Positions 1 through 12,028 of a DNA stretch of 63,437 bases are shown piece after piece. Numbering within the stretch: position 1 is the stretch's first letter; each line of letters opens with the position of its first letter. The translations under genes were made by a program, and so were the position numbers. The DNA is taken from contig NC_135662.1 of the NCBI RefSeq assembly GCF_964188315.1, forward strand, positions 20,956,564 to 21,020,000. Direction: 5' to 3'. This stretch comes from Podarcis muralis. Its lineage: Eukaryota. The notes beneath the pieces are model-generated. The model was not told the DNA's origin. It saw nothing but the letters and a program-made list of their open reading frames with translations, and made no database searches.

Positions 1-76
1 CAATTTTGCAATACCTTATTTTTGACCAGTAATATGGAACCAGTTTTGATACCATTTAGAGTCACAGGTTTCTTTT

Positions 77-432
77 GGGACGCGGGTGGCGCTGTGGGTA
101 AAACCTCAGCGCCTAGGACTTGCCGTTCGTCAGGACGGCGGTTCGAATCCCCGCGGCGGGGTGCGCTCCCGTTGCTCGGCCCCAGCGCCTGCCAACTTAG
201 CAGTTTGAAAGCACCCCCGGGTGCAAGTAGATAAATAGGGACCGCTTACTAGCGAGAAGGTAAACGCGTTTCCGTGTGCTGCGCTGGCTCGCCAGATGCA
301 GCTTGTCACGCTGGCCACGTGACCCAGAAGTGTCTTCAGACAGCGCTGGCCCCTGGCCTTTTAAGCGAGATGGGCGCACAACCCCAGAGTCGGACACGAC
401 TGGCCCATACGGGCAGGGGTACCTTTACCTTT
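77..432 (+). mobile_element. Sauria SINE, full length
   Basis: tRNA-like head (GGTGGCGCTGTGGG...GGTTCGAATCC), conserved body, BovB-like AGAGTCGGACACGACT, (ACCTTT)n tail. Confidence 0.9.
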
Positions 433-922
433 TTAATTTAATTTTAATATAGATGGCAGAAGCAAGGGGCTCAAACTGAAATTTCTCAGGGGAAAATAAT
501 TTTCTGAGAGAAACAATGGAATCATTTCACCTCCCCCCCCCCAAAGAATATTAGGCAAAATGTGCCCCTCCGCACCCCACATTTAATCATTCACAAATAA
601 CATGGGGAATTCTGGGAGGTCATTTTTGCTCAATACTAGGTTTTTTGTTCCTAAAACTAAATGTATCTGGAAGCAGAAACAGAGAAGCCAAAAAGCGTGG
701 CAGCATCTCTCCTAAATGAAGTGGAGATAGAACCTAAAATATTTCTAATGCGCAATTTATTTTTTCTCATGTACGTTTAGGACAGATAACACAAAACAAG
801 TCCAGTGCAAACCCAAGCTCCAATACGAAGCTGAAATGTAAATGAAAATATCCAACTTTAATCTAACCCAAATGTACAAAGATGCAAGATGTTAAAAATG
901 TCTAAAGTGTCTCAAGAGGCAC

Positions 923-979
923 TTAATAGCACCAAAGTGCTATTAATAGCACTAAAGTGCATTCATAGCACCAAAGTGA
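923..979. repeat. 3 x 19-20 bp palindromic tandem repeat
   Basis: TTAATAGCAC-CAAA-GTGCTATTAA perfect hairpin, followed by two diverged units. Confidence 0.85.
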
Positions 980-1126
980 CCTTCCTGGGGTGCAAGCCTG
1001 GGCAGAGTGTATGGAGGTTCTGGGCTGCCCAGAACCTCACTGATGTGGTCCAAAGGAAAGCAGAACAATATCTTTGGCTGCAGGAGTTGCCAGAGGGAGG
1101 TGTACAAGGCACCATCCAACCACCTT

Positions 1127-1354
1127 AAGGACTCTACCAGAAAAGACTTTTTTATGTATGCGACTACAGCGACTACAGCCCAGAGATGGAAAGAAGACAA
1201 AGTTCCTACTAGAGAAGAATGGCAAACCAAGCTGATTGACTATGTCAAAATGGCAAAGTTGACTGGAAAACTCAGGAACCAAGAGGTCAGAGACTTTGCA
1301 AAAGAATGGGAAAAAATTATAAGTTACTTAAGAGGCCACTGTAAGCAGATGGAA
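1127..1354 (+). mobile_element. L1-clade LINE ORF2 C-terminal fragment
   Basis: FMYATTA...WKEDKVPTREEWQTKLIDYVKMAKLT...KEWEKIISYL resembles squamate L1 ORF2 ends as I recall them. Confidence 0.65.
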
Positions 1355-1360
1355 TACATT

Positions 1361-1746
1361 TCCAAGCACAATTCAAAGTGTTGGTCCTGACCTTTAGAGC
1401 CCTAAACGGCCTCGGCCCAGTATACCTGAAGGAGCGTCTCCACCCCCCATCATTCAGCCCAGACGCTGAGGTCCAGCTCCGAGGGCCTTCTTGTGGTTCC
1501 CTCATTGCGAGAAGTGAGGTTGCAGGGAACCAGGCAGAGGGCCTTCTCAGTAGTGGCGCCTGCCTTGTGGAACGCCCTCCCATCAGATGTCAAGGAAATA
1601 AACAACTATCTGACGTTTAGAAGACATCTGAAGGCAGCCCTGTTTAGGGAAGTTTTTAATGACTGATGTTTTAATGTACTTTTAATCTTTTGTTGGAAGC
1701 CAAACAAAAGATCTGCCCATTTGGCAGGTGGGCAGGGTATAAATTA

Positions 1747-1797
<51 letters not shown>
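1361..1797 (+). mobile_element. L2 LINE 3' fragment ending in (TTA)n
   Basis: FKVLVLTFRALNGLGPVYLKERL, then (other frame) RAFSVVAPALWNALP...FRRHLKAALF. Confidence 0.85.
1748..1797. repeat. (TTA)n microsatellite (L2 tail)
   Basis: direct inspection. Confidence 0.95.
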
Positions 1798-2322
1798 TTG
1801 TATTGTAAAATCAAATAAAAATTATTTTCCCCCCCCCCAAAAAAAAGACTCTACTCTGGATTTGTGTAGTGTTTACTCCTTAGCTATTTCTTCTCCCAAA
1901 GATACTCTGGAAGTCTGCTCACCTTCCCCAGTGGGCGTTGTTGTGGCTGGGCGTCCAGGTCCTCTCAGTGATCTGGCTGGAGGGTGGAAGTAACTGCAAT
2001 CTTAGCCATTGGACCTGCTCTTGGTCTCACCTGCTCAATCCACCAGAGCCTGTCTTCACATGCAGGGAAAGCCCCAAACTCACCAAGGTTTGAGACCCAT
2101 CAGCTACCCTTACCTGGTTTAACCATCCAGTCAAAGCAGTTTACTGGGGTGTGGCTGCTGTCGCACACTGACAGCTTCTAGGAGCCACAGGTGAGAGAGC
2201 TGAGTGCAAGGTGGGGACCAAAGGTGGACAAACAACCCCAGAAGGATCATGATGTCCCACCACCACCAAAGGTACAACCCCTTTCCTAACACCCCATACA
2301 CCCAATGCTGTCAAAATGTGTA

Positions 2323-2545
2323 CAGTGGTACCTCAGGTTAAGTACTTAATTCGTTCCGGAGGTCCGTTCTTAACCTGAAACTGTTCTTAACCTGAAGCAC
2401 CACTTTAGCTAATGGGGCCTCCTGCTGTCACTGCGCCGCTGGAGCACGATTTCTGTTCTCATCCTGAAGCAAAGTTCTTAACCCGAGGTACTATTTCTGG
2501 GTTAGCGGAGTCTGTAACCTGAAGATGTAACCCGAGATACCACTG
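2323..2545. mobile_element. Tc1/mariner-pogo (Tigger-like) MITE, TA TSD
   Basis: TA|CAGTGGTACCTC...GAGATACCACTG|TA. Confidence 0.88.
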
Positions 2546-3110
2546 TACTTGTATAACCAGAAAATGTCATAAAAACACAAAATTTTATCAGGAATGTAAA
2601 GGAAGAGGAGGAGTCAAGCTCCGCAGATGACACAGCTTGTCGGAGAGAGGTGTGCTGCGGTCCCAGCACATGCTTGCCATTTTCCTTTTTCCATGCAGGA
2701 TACTTCTTCGCCGCTGCCATCCCAACCTGCTGCTGCCAGGGGCACACTCCCCTCCTCCCCCCCAGACACACACTGATCCAGGCTGGTCTAAAACAAAAGG
2801 AGAGCCTGCTGAAACAAGTAAAAGGCCCATGTAGTCCACCAGCTTTTTTCTTTCTTTTTAACAAAAGAGGATATCATTCAATGCCATTTTTCTCTTGCTT
2901 GCTTCACACACCAACACACCGAGATGTGAAGCAGATATCACCAATATCTCTATAAGGAGCAGAAGCAACTTTTCTTTATTATTATTACTATTTTTAAAAA
3001 ACAACACTTCATAGAATAAGAATAAAATGAAAAACTTGAGGGAGGGAGGGGGAAGAGAGAGGGGGGTATACTATATCACTATAAGAATTAACAATTACAA
3101 TTCCATATAT

Positions 3111-3471
3111 GTTGCTGTTGTTGTTGTTTAGTCATTTAGTCGTGTCCGACTCTTCGTGACCCCATGGACCAGAGCACACCAGGCACTCCTGTCTTCCACT
3201 GCCTCCCACAGTTTGGTCAAACTCATTTTGGTAGCTTCGAGAACACTGTCCAACCATCTCGTCCTCTGTCATCCCCTTCTCCTTGTGCCCTCCATCTTTC
3301 TCAACATCAGGGTCTTTTCCAGGGAGTCTTCTCTTCTCATGAGGTGGCCTAAGTATTAGAGCCTCAGCTTCAGGATCTGGCCTACTAGTGCACACTCAGG
3401 GCTGATTGCCTTAAGAATGGAGAGGTTTGATCATCTTGCAGTCCATGGGACTCTCAAGAGTCTCCTCCAGC
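3111..3471 (-). mobile_element. BovB-like RTE LINE 3' fragment, 14-bp TSD ACAATTCCATATAT
   Basis: Reverse complement of the copy at 23316; (AAC)n tail; TSD at 3097-3110 and 3472-3485. Confidence 0.9.
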
Positions 3472-3506
3472 ACAATTCCATATATACTCAGCCAATATAT
3501 ATCTTG

Positions 3507-3671
3507 TGTAACGGACTCCTTCAGAAGGTGGTGGACTCTCCTTCATTGGTGGCGTTTAAGTAGATGTAGGATGGTCACATGTTATGGATGCTTTAGTTTA
3601 GATTCCTGCATTGCAAGGGGTTGGACTAGATGACCCTCGGGATCCCTTCCAACTCTCCGATTCTGTGATTC
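3507..3671 (+). mobile_element. CR1 3' end fragment
   Basis: GTGGTGGACTCTCCTTCATTGG...GGTTGGACTAGATGACCC...CCCTTCCAACTCT, GATTCTGTGATTC tail. Confidence 0.8.
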
Positions 3672-4772
3672 AAATAGGCATTTGTGAAATAGGCACAGTA
3701 AGCATCTCAGCTAGGAAAGGAGATGAACTGTATAGAAGCCACTAGATGTCAGTATAAGACAGAAAATGCAGAGTAGCTGTCAATTTATCCAGGGAACTTT
3801 AGGAACAGGAATGATTGACATACTGATTGACAGATTAATTGTATAAATTTGGCTTTTGGGAAGGGGTTAATTGCACACATTTAAAGCCACAACATAAAAA
3901 AAATCAGTTTAAATTTAGACAAAGCTGCATAAGAACTCTCATTCCATATTCACAGTGCCATTGTTTACAAGTGGGGTTCTCTTGTCTGATCTTATGAACA
4001 AAGAGCTGAGGTCACATCCATACCATACATTTGCAGCAACATCATATGCTTTAAACTGACATAGCTTTCCTCCCCCAAAGGATTCTGGGAACGGTAGTTT
4101 GTTCTGGACGCTGGGACTTGTTAGGAGGCCTCTCTTCCTCTCACACAGCTACAAGTCTCAGAGTGGTTTAACAATCAGTCCCTCTTCCTGGGGGAAACTG
4201 TGAAATGTAGATCTGTGAGGGGGAAAGGGGGTCTCCCAACACCTCTCAGCACCCTGGTTTTATGTCAGGAACAGGGAACCTCTGCACTTTGGGCCAAATG
4301 CAGCCCTCCAGGCAAATCTGCTTGTTCCTCAAGATGCTCCACATACCAATATCCTCAACATATCCTCTGCTCTCTCCTCAAGTTTCCTTAAATTATGCTG
4401 GTGCTTTTTGTTTAACTAGATTCAGATATTGGGAGGGGGGGTAGAAGCCTCTGCTTTTTGTGCAGTTGGAATCGAGCCCACAGTTCAAAGATAAAAGTAA
4501 CCTTCCTTGCTCCACTTCCCTTTACCTATGATCCTGCCCATTGCTGGCATACAGCCTCTGGAAGGTTCTCTGCAAGAGAAAACAGTCCTTGTGCTGGAAA
4601 ACATTCCCTATATCAGTTTTATTATGCTCCCGGTCCATTATCAGTGCAGATGAAGAGAGGACTATAAAGATAAATTCATAGTAAACAAACACACGATCAA
4701 ATCACTGCTGAACTGCACCCACAATTGTGAGGTTTGAAGAGATGAAGGTGATGCCTCCCCAGCTTTTGCCAT

Positions 4773-5492
4773 TCATAGAATCATAGAATCATAGAGTTGG
4801 AAGAGACCACAAGGGCCATCGAGTCCAACCCCCTGCCAAGCAGGAAACACCATCAGAGCACTCCTGACATATGGTTGTCAAGCCTCTGCTTAAAGACCTC
4901 CAAAGAAGGAGACTCCACCACACTCCTTGGCAGCAAATTCCACTGTCGAACAGCTCTTACTGTCAGGAAGTTCTTCCTAATGTTTAGGTGGAATCTTCTT
5001 TCTTGTAGTTTGGATCCATTGCTCCGTGTCCGCTTCTCTGGAGCAGCAGAAAACAACCTTTCTCCCTCCTCTATAGGACATCCTTTTATATATTTGAACA
5101 TGGCTATCATATCACCCCTTAACCTCCTCTTCTCCAGGCTAAACATGCCCAGCTCCCTTAGCCGTTCCTCATAAGGCAGCGTTTCCAGGCCTTTGACCAT
5201 TTTGGTTGCCCTCTTCTGGACACGTTCCAGTTTGTCAGTGTCCTCCTTGAACTGTGGTGCCCAGAACTGGACACAGTACTCCAGGTGAGGTCTGACCAGA
5301 GCAGAATACAGTGGCACTATTACTTCCCTTGATCTAGATGCTATACTCCTATTGATGCAGCCCAGAATTGCATTGGCTTTTTTAGCTGCCGCGTCACACT
5401 GTTGGCTCATGTCAAGTTTGTGGTCAATCAAGACTCCTAGATCCTTTTCACATGTACTGCTCTCAAGCCAGGTGTCCCCCATCTTGTATTTG
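4773..5492 (-). mobile_element. CR1 LINE 3' fragment with intact 209-aa ORF2 C-terminus
   Basis: ORF 4853-5482: [12 protein letters not shown]...[20 protein letters not shown]...[15 protein letters not shown]; (ATTCTATG)n CR1 tail at about 4773-4794. Confidence 0.95.
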
Positions 5493-5567
5493 TATTGCCT
5501 ATGAACTTCCTGTGATGTCGCAAAAGGGCATGATGGCTGAGCAGTAAAAGGAGGGTATTAATGGAAG

Positions 5568-5828
5568 TTCCTGCCAACCTAGCAGTCCTGCCAACCTACC
5601 AGTTCAAAAGCACGCCAAAGTGCAAGTAGATAAATAGGTACCGCTCTGGCGGGAAGGTAAACGGCATTTCCGTGCACTGCTCTGGTTCACCAGAAGCGGC
5701 TTCGTCATGCTGGCCACATGACCCAGAAGCTGTACGCCGACTCCCTCGGCCAATAAAGCGAGATGAGCGACAACCCCAGAGTCGGCCACGACTGGACCTA
5801 ATGGTCAGGGGTCCCTTTACCTTTACCT
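5568..5828 (+). mobile_element. Sauria SINE, 5'-truncated, 10-bp TSD TTAATGGAAG
   Basis: Body and (ACCTTT)n tail; TSD at 5558-5567 and 5829-5838; short internal duplication (TCCTGCCAACCTA) at the 5' junction. Confidence 0.88.
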
Positions 5829-8800
5829 TTAATGGAAGGAAGAAGCTCCCGAGAAGGAGGCTTAAGGGAAGGAGGGGCAGGGCAAACTGGAGACCCAGAA
5901 AAGAAACTTGGGTTGGCTTCTTCCTACCTACCTGAGTTGCCAACCTCCCCCTTTCTCAGGGCTCCTATCCCTGGAAACTGAAGTCACTGTTAATTGTTTA
6001 ATTCACACTGAAATGGAGAATGCCTGTATGTATTGCTGAAAGGGCTTAACAGGAAGATTCCGCTGAAGCTAAAGAAGAGCAAGAGCAGCTCTCTAAGCTC
6101 CTAGATGAGGTGATAATTAACTGTGGTGGTTCTCTGCTAGCTAACATGTAGTGTTTAACCTTAGATCTGGTGGTTAAGGTGCTGAATTGCAAATCACCAT
6201 TTTGAAGGGAGTTGCCTTTGGTATTTTGTTCCCAACCAGAGTGGGAGTAGATTGTGTAAATGACTCACTCCAGGAACACAACAGCCTTGGGGCTAAAATG
6301 CAGGCTAATGAAGAGAGAGAGAGCTATATTCGTCAGCTCTGATTATAAGTGATTTTATTTCTAAGAAGATGGGCCTGTGCTGGGCATGCACATGATCTTA
6401 TGGAACTGTTTGGATGTATCATTTACTGTTGCGTAGTTTTCTGTTTTGAAAAAAGTTCTGCAAGTAAAGCTTTGCATAATCTCTAATGGGTCTGGACAAT
6501 GTTTTATTCCAAAAGGAGTCTGTTTTTATGCATCCAGTTGCTTCATGCTGTGCAATATTAATTTCCGCAATAGTCACAACTGATTTCAGTCATATTGTGA
6601 AAAGCAGAGCATAAATTCCTTAAATAAAATGCAAATGCAAATACCTACTTTGTGCATTATCCTGGCCACACAGTTGCCTCTGGGAGACTAAGCCACCTGG
6701 GTGACGTTCTTCATGCTTCGCTATCTGAGCAAAGCCCACACTGTTGAGGCGACGAGTCTTGTAACCTGTCTGCTAAGCAAAGCTAGCAGAAAACGTTGGT
6801 GACATTTCCGTCCGCTTCAGACCATGTGCATGCAGGCGCCTCTTGACACAACCAGCATAACAATGGGGAGTGACATGAACACAACTCAGGTCCCTGCAGA
6901 CAGCAATGCCACGATGGTAATGGATGGATCAGGCCTGTGTGCCAGCAGTCCTCCAGCTTTCAGAGGCAGATGCCAGGATCATGAACTCCCTTCAACAATG
7001 CTCTCTCCCACAGCGATCCCTGGGTCTTGGCACAAGTTGTATGCAGCTTATTAAAGGAGAACTGGGGGGCAAAAGGCTAGGGTGCAAAGCAAGCCATGAG
7101 AAGCCTTTGCTTTCAATTAAGTATTGAAAGGTCACGGTGGTGTCAGAAGGAAGACATGAAGCACAGCTAATAAAAATGTTCTGTTGTGGACAAACAAGAA
7201 ATTCTTAGAGCACTGGTGGAAGGGGGGCTACCAGCTTCATTTCCACTGGCTTCTCTGAGGAGTCCAATCGTATGTCCAGGCTGTTTTATTTACTCTCAGC
7301 TTGTTGAGACATCTCCAATTAACAACTGAGTGAAATTCCACTTTGCGACTCCTACTCAGTTAATTCTAAAAGCCTTTTGCAGTTGCAGATAGCAAACAAG
7401 ACAAGTGAAAATAATATCATCAGATACTTTCGGAAAAGCAGGTGGGAGGCCTCACGGATTTTGTAAAAGCAGCTAGTCATTGTTCTGCTTATTTTTTTGT
7501 TAAATCGGTATCTTATTGTCCTTAAATGATGTGTCTTCACAGCATCTAGTCTGCTGTGAAGAGGAGATATGTTGGGGAACCTGGGGCCTAGGGGCCAAAT
7601 GCAACTCTCCAAGTCTCTCCAACTATTGGGGCTCTCTCTGGGCAACACCCCCTCTCCTGGCCATCCTCCTCAATGACTTTTTTTTCAGCTGGAATGTTTC
7701 CTTGGAATATGATAGTGCTTGTTTGGAGGGGGTACATGTGCTTGTAGAAACCCCTGGCTTTTGCAGGTTGCATACTGTTGACATCCACTAACTAGCAGCA
7801 ACATGCATCTTGGTAGCAGAAAAGAAAGGAAGGTAATTGGGACAACCCAAAAGCTGCCATTCCCTGTCATCTAAACACCAGTCAGGAAATGCCCATATAA
7901 ATGTGTGTCGATCAGGGCTGGCCCAAAACACTTTGCTGCCTGAGTTAAAGGATGAGATGGTGTCCTCCACCAGAGGGCAGCAGGCTACCTGAAAAGCTGT
8001 GCAGACACAGCTCTGCTCTCAAACACCTTAATGCCATTACCAGTTCTGCAGGTTCTGCCGCCTGAGGCAGCCACCTCCCTTTGCTTAAAGGTAGGACCGG
8101 TCTTGGTGCCCATGAAAGCCCAGGCCATTCTGTTCTGGCAAGCTTCTGTCAGAGATACATTTCATTGACACTGTTCAGTTCTGCTGCCATTTTATTGTGG
8201 CTGTATTGTCGTTTTAATGGGTTTTGATGCCCCTCCTGTTGTTTTTATTGTTAGCCTTGTTAGCAGCCTTGGAAGGAAAGAAGTTACAGTGCAATCCTAT
8301 CCCTGTGTTGTCAGAAATAAGCCTCACTGAGTTCAGTGGTACTGACTCCCAGGTAAGTGTATATTGGATTGCAGCCTTAATAATATAAACAAACACCCAG
8401 TGGATGTTTACTTCCACAGTTGCAAAGGCTCCTTCCCTGCAGATGTTTGTACTCTGTGCATGTCTGTCAGCTATGGGGTCAGATGGCATGTCCTGTGACA
8501 GAATGCATGAACCATTATTTTGAATAAGGCAATGGTTTGGTGTGTGAGCCCCAGACAACAATGGGCTTTCGAGTTAAGAACCACCACCTTGAATTCAATT
8601 CATTTCATTTTTTTCATTTGTATACCACCTTTCTACATTGCTGTACCCAAGGCAGCTTACAAACCATAGAAACAACAGAATATACAACCAAGGCATGCAT
8701 TCCTATAACAACCCGATCCAATGCAAACAAGTCATCGTGAAAAATGTGGTACGAGAATAAACAGCTTCAATCGTTATAGTCAATATTTTAGTATAATGCT

Positions 8801-9416
8801 ACATGATAAAACCAACTCTTAAAATAAGCAAACGATAAATTAACAAACAAACAAAATCACTCCAAACCAGTAAATTGTTAGTAGATTCTAATGAATGAAA
8901 TTAAAAGCAAAGTCACAATACATACAACACAACATACCATGTAAAGAAAGATCAATGGAGCAGCAAAGGCACACAGATTGTAAAATTACAAAATGTACAC
9001 ACATAGCCTGGTCCCTGAAGCCAAGTGTTAGCAAGTACAGCACACATGGTGGGGGGGCAGTGACCTACCATAACGTGATGGGCTCCATCTCCCATCAGCC
9101 CCAGTCACAATGGCCAATAGTCAGGGATGGCAGGAGTTTTGGTCCAATGGCATCTGGAGTGCCCCAGGTTCACCATCTCTGTAGTACAGCTTCCCTGGAA
9201 CAATTTGAGTCTGCCTCCAGCCACCTGCCATGCAGCAGGAACAGGCAATGGCATTCCAACTATTTGAAACTTCTGTCACACATATCATGAATTTATAGCA
9301 GTCAGCCCTGGGAAGTTAGAAAAGTGTGTGTCAATGGGGCAGCATCTCTCTCCTTCAGAAACGGTGCTACCTACATAGCAGGTGAAGTTGATAGAGGGAT
9401 GTACAACCTTTACTAC

Positions 9417-9714
9417 TGAAATATACTCGGAGTCGAGAGTGGATTTCATGCTTTTTATTCAGCTCATAGTGGTGAGGAGGAATGGAAGTTTCCCCAGAAT
9501 GTCTGCTTTATATACATTATTTACACAATGGCCCACACGTGATTGGCTAATTCCGGGATTCACCTGTAGGCCAATCAGGTTGCGGATTTACTTCCACCTG
9601 GAGCTGGATTCGGTGGCTCCTGTGGACCAATCAGACTGCTGCATTCTGAATCCTATTGTTCTAGGACCAATCAGACTGCTGCCTTTTGGATCCTATTCAA
9701 CTCAGTACATAACA
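9417..9714 (-). mobile_element. solo LTR (298 bp), 5-bp TSD ACTAC
   Basis: Minus strand TGTTA...TTTCA termini; TSD at 9412-9416 and 9715-9719; CCAAT boxes, TATATAAA (9507-9514) and AATAAA (9454-9459) in LTR order. Confidence 0.85.
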
Positions 9715-9876
9715 ACTACCAAAAAAGCCTGTTGATCAAAAAGCAGGATGGAATTCACACTCTCTCCTAGTCTCCTCACTTCCTGGGATGAATGCTGTCG
9801 TCTATCACAGGAATGAATGACTAGCTCATCCAAGCCATTGGGATTCCCTACTGGCACCATTTGTATCTTGTCTTTC

Positions 9877-9948
<72 letters not shown>

Positions 9949-9950
9949 TC
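9877..9950. repeat. (TTTC)n microsatellite
   Basis: direct inspection, about 18 units. Confidence 0.95.
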
Positions 9951-10075
9951 GCCCAAGGAGCTTAGGATGCATGGTTTTCTCCCCCTTCCTCACTACAATT
10001 CTGGGAGGTATGCTAGGCTGAAAGAGCTTGGCTATTGTAAAGCTACCCAGGGATTTGAATTTGAGTCTCCCCACA

Positions 10076-10686
10076 GGGATGCGGGTGGCGCTGTGGGTTA
10101 AACCACAGAGCCTAGGACTTGCCGATCAGAAGGTCAGCGGTTCAAATCCCCGTGACGGGGTGAGCTCCTGTTGCTCGGTCCCTGCTCCTGCCAACCTAGC
10201 AATTCGAAAGCATGTCAAAGTGCAAGTAAATAAATAGGTACCGCTCTGGCGGGAAGGCAAATGGCGTTTCCGTGCGCTGCTCTGGTTCGCCAGAAGCGGC
10301 TTAGAAGAAGAAGAAGAAGAGTTTGGATTTGATATCCCACCTTTCACTCCCTTTAAGGAGTCTCAAAGCGGCTAACATTGTCCTTTCCCTTCCTCCCCCA
10401 CAACAAACACTCTGTGAGGTGAGTGGGGCTGAGAGACTTCAAAGAAGTGTGACTGGCCCAAGGTCACCCAGCAGCTGCATGTGGAGGAGCGGAGACGCGA
10501 ACCCGGTTCCCCAGATTACGAGACTACCGCTCTTAACCACTACACCACACTGGCTTAGTCATTCTGGCCACATGACCTGGAAGCTGAACGCCGGCTCCCT
10601 CGGCCAATAAAGCCAGATGAGCGCCGCAACCCCAGAGTCATCCGTGACTGGACCTAATGGTCAGGAGTCCCTTTACCTTTACCTTT
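10076..10686 (+). mobile_element. Sauria SINE interrupted by a second SINE at 10305-10554
   Basis: Head and body to GCGGCTTAG (10304), resuming at TTAGTCATTCTGGCC (10555) and ending in (ACCTTT)n. Confidence 0.9.
10305..10554 (-). mobile_element. tRNA-headed MIR/Ther1-like SINE (Squam3-like) with (TCT)n tail
   Basis: The minus strand begins GCCAGTGTGGTGTAGTGGTTAAGAGC (A box) and GGGTTCGCGTC (B box), has a GTGACCTTGGGCCAGTCAC core, and is flanked by duplicated TTAG. Confidence 0.75.
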
Positions 10687-11786
10687 AGCCCTTGTCCAGC
10701 ACTCTTGACGACTACACCACTCTGTCTCTTTAGCACCAGTCTGTCTTTAAGGTAAAACATAGCTTGTTGTGTTTTTGCTGGAGAAACTCCAGTTTCTGAC
10801 TTTAGCAACTCAGGTTTTGCCTGATGTTCCTGAGCATCACTGAGCTGAGAGAAATCGATGCCATTCCACAAACCTATTGTTATCTTGCTTCTTTGTTTCC
10901 TCTTTTTAGAGGTTTAGTTGCCCCTTTTGTCTTCCCTTTAATATACATTAATCTGAGTATCTTGAAATGTAACAGCATCAATGAAAACACAAATAAAATA
11001 TTCCCGGAATTTATTCCTTCATCACTTTCCCTGACTAGCCTGAGTTCAGGATTCTGGGTTGCCTTGGCAACAGCTGATGACATCAAACACTGTACAATAT
11101 GGACAGGAAAGGAGAAATCACAAACAGAGATGGAAAATTACTAGCTAGCAACTTTTAAAGGGTTTACAGAGAGGCCGGAAAAGAGCAGATAAACAACTCC
11201 AGAACCAGCCAATGTTTAAGAGATCCAGAATTTCACCAAAACACATGCAGGAAAGAGACAACTGAGCTGCAAAATTTTAGTTTGTCATCCAATTCCTTTA
11301 TCTTTTTTTTCTGTTTCTTAGTCGTGCACTACGTGCTGTGTTTTCCTTCAGCACTTGCTGAGACATCCTGTGGGTTTGCAGAGGTAGGATCAACGTTCGA
11401 AGGCTGCAATAACAAGCAGCGGCTTGCATTGTTCAAAGAGCTCATTGCAGCCTCTGTGGCGCGGGTATTCCGCTAAAGGTTCCTGCAACCATGAAAGTGC
11501 AACTAGGCAGCCCCAAGTCCCTTTAAGTGTGCGTTGTGGCAACTGGAGCCCTACCAGCTTTAGTCTTATTGGCTTCCCTTTGAAAAGAATTTGAGGATGG
11601 TGAGCTCAGAGCAAGGGATGCACCTTATAGTTACACAAATATGGAGTGGTAAGACTGTGCCTGGACTATGTCACTTCATGCTGAATAGGGATGGACAAAT
11701 CTGACAATCTGGGTTTCAGTTTCTCATTTTTTCCAGTCTTAAATTCAGTTCCCCACATCTCTGCAACAATCTTCACTTTTTATATA

Positions 11787-12028
11787 CAGTGGTACCTCAG
11801 GTTACATACGCTTCAGGTTACATACGCTTCAGGTTACAGACTCCGCTAACCCAGAAATAGTACCTCAGGTTAAGAACTTTGCTTCAGGATGAGAACAGAA
11901 ATCGTGCTCTGGCATCGCGGCAGCAGCAGGAGGCCCCATTAGCTAAAGTGGTGCTTCAGGTTAAGAACAGTTTCAGGTTAAGAATGGACCTCCAGAACAA
12001 ATTAAGTACTTAACCCGAGGTACCACTG
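11787..12028. mobile_element. same Tigger-like MITE family, opposite orientation to the copy at 2323
   Basis: TA|CAGTGGTACCTC...GAGGTACCACTG|TA. Confidence 0.9.

Larger units (their letters stand above)
9951..10726 (-). mobile_element. old MIR-like SINE split by the Sauria SINE (pieces about 9951-10075 and 10687-10726)
   Basis: GGATTTGAATTTGAGTCTCCCCACAG joins to CCCTTGTCCAGCACTCTTGACGACTACACCAC, a contiguous tRNA-like head in reverse. Confidence 0.6.

Noticed and set aside
9702-10101. ORFs with ERKK/FLSF or ERER repeats (also near 30200-30840 and 45838-46035)
   Set aside because: They are translations of (TTTC)n, (GA)n and (AAAG)n microsatellites.
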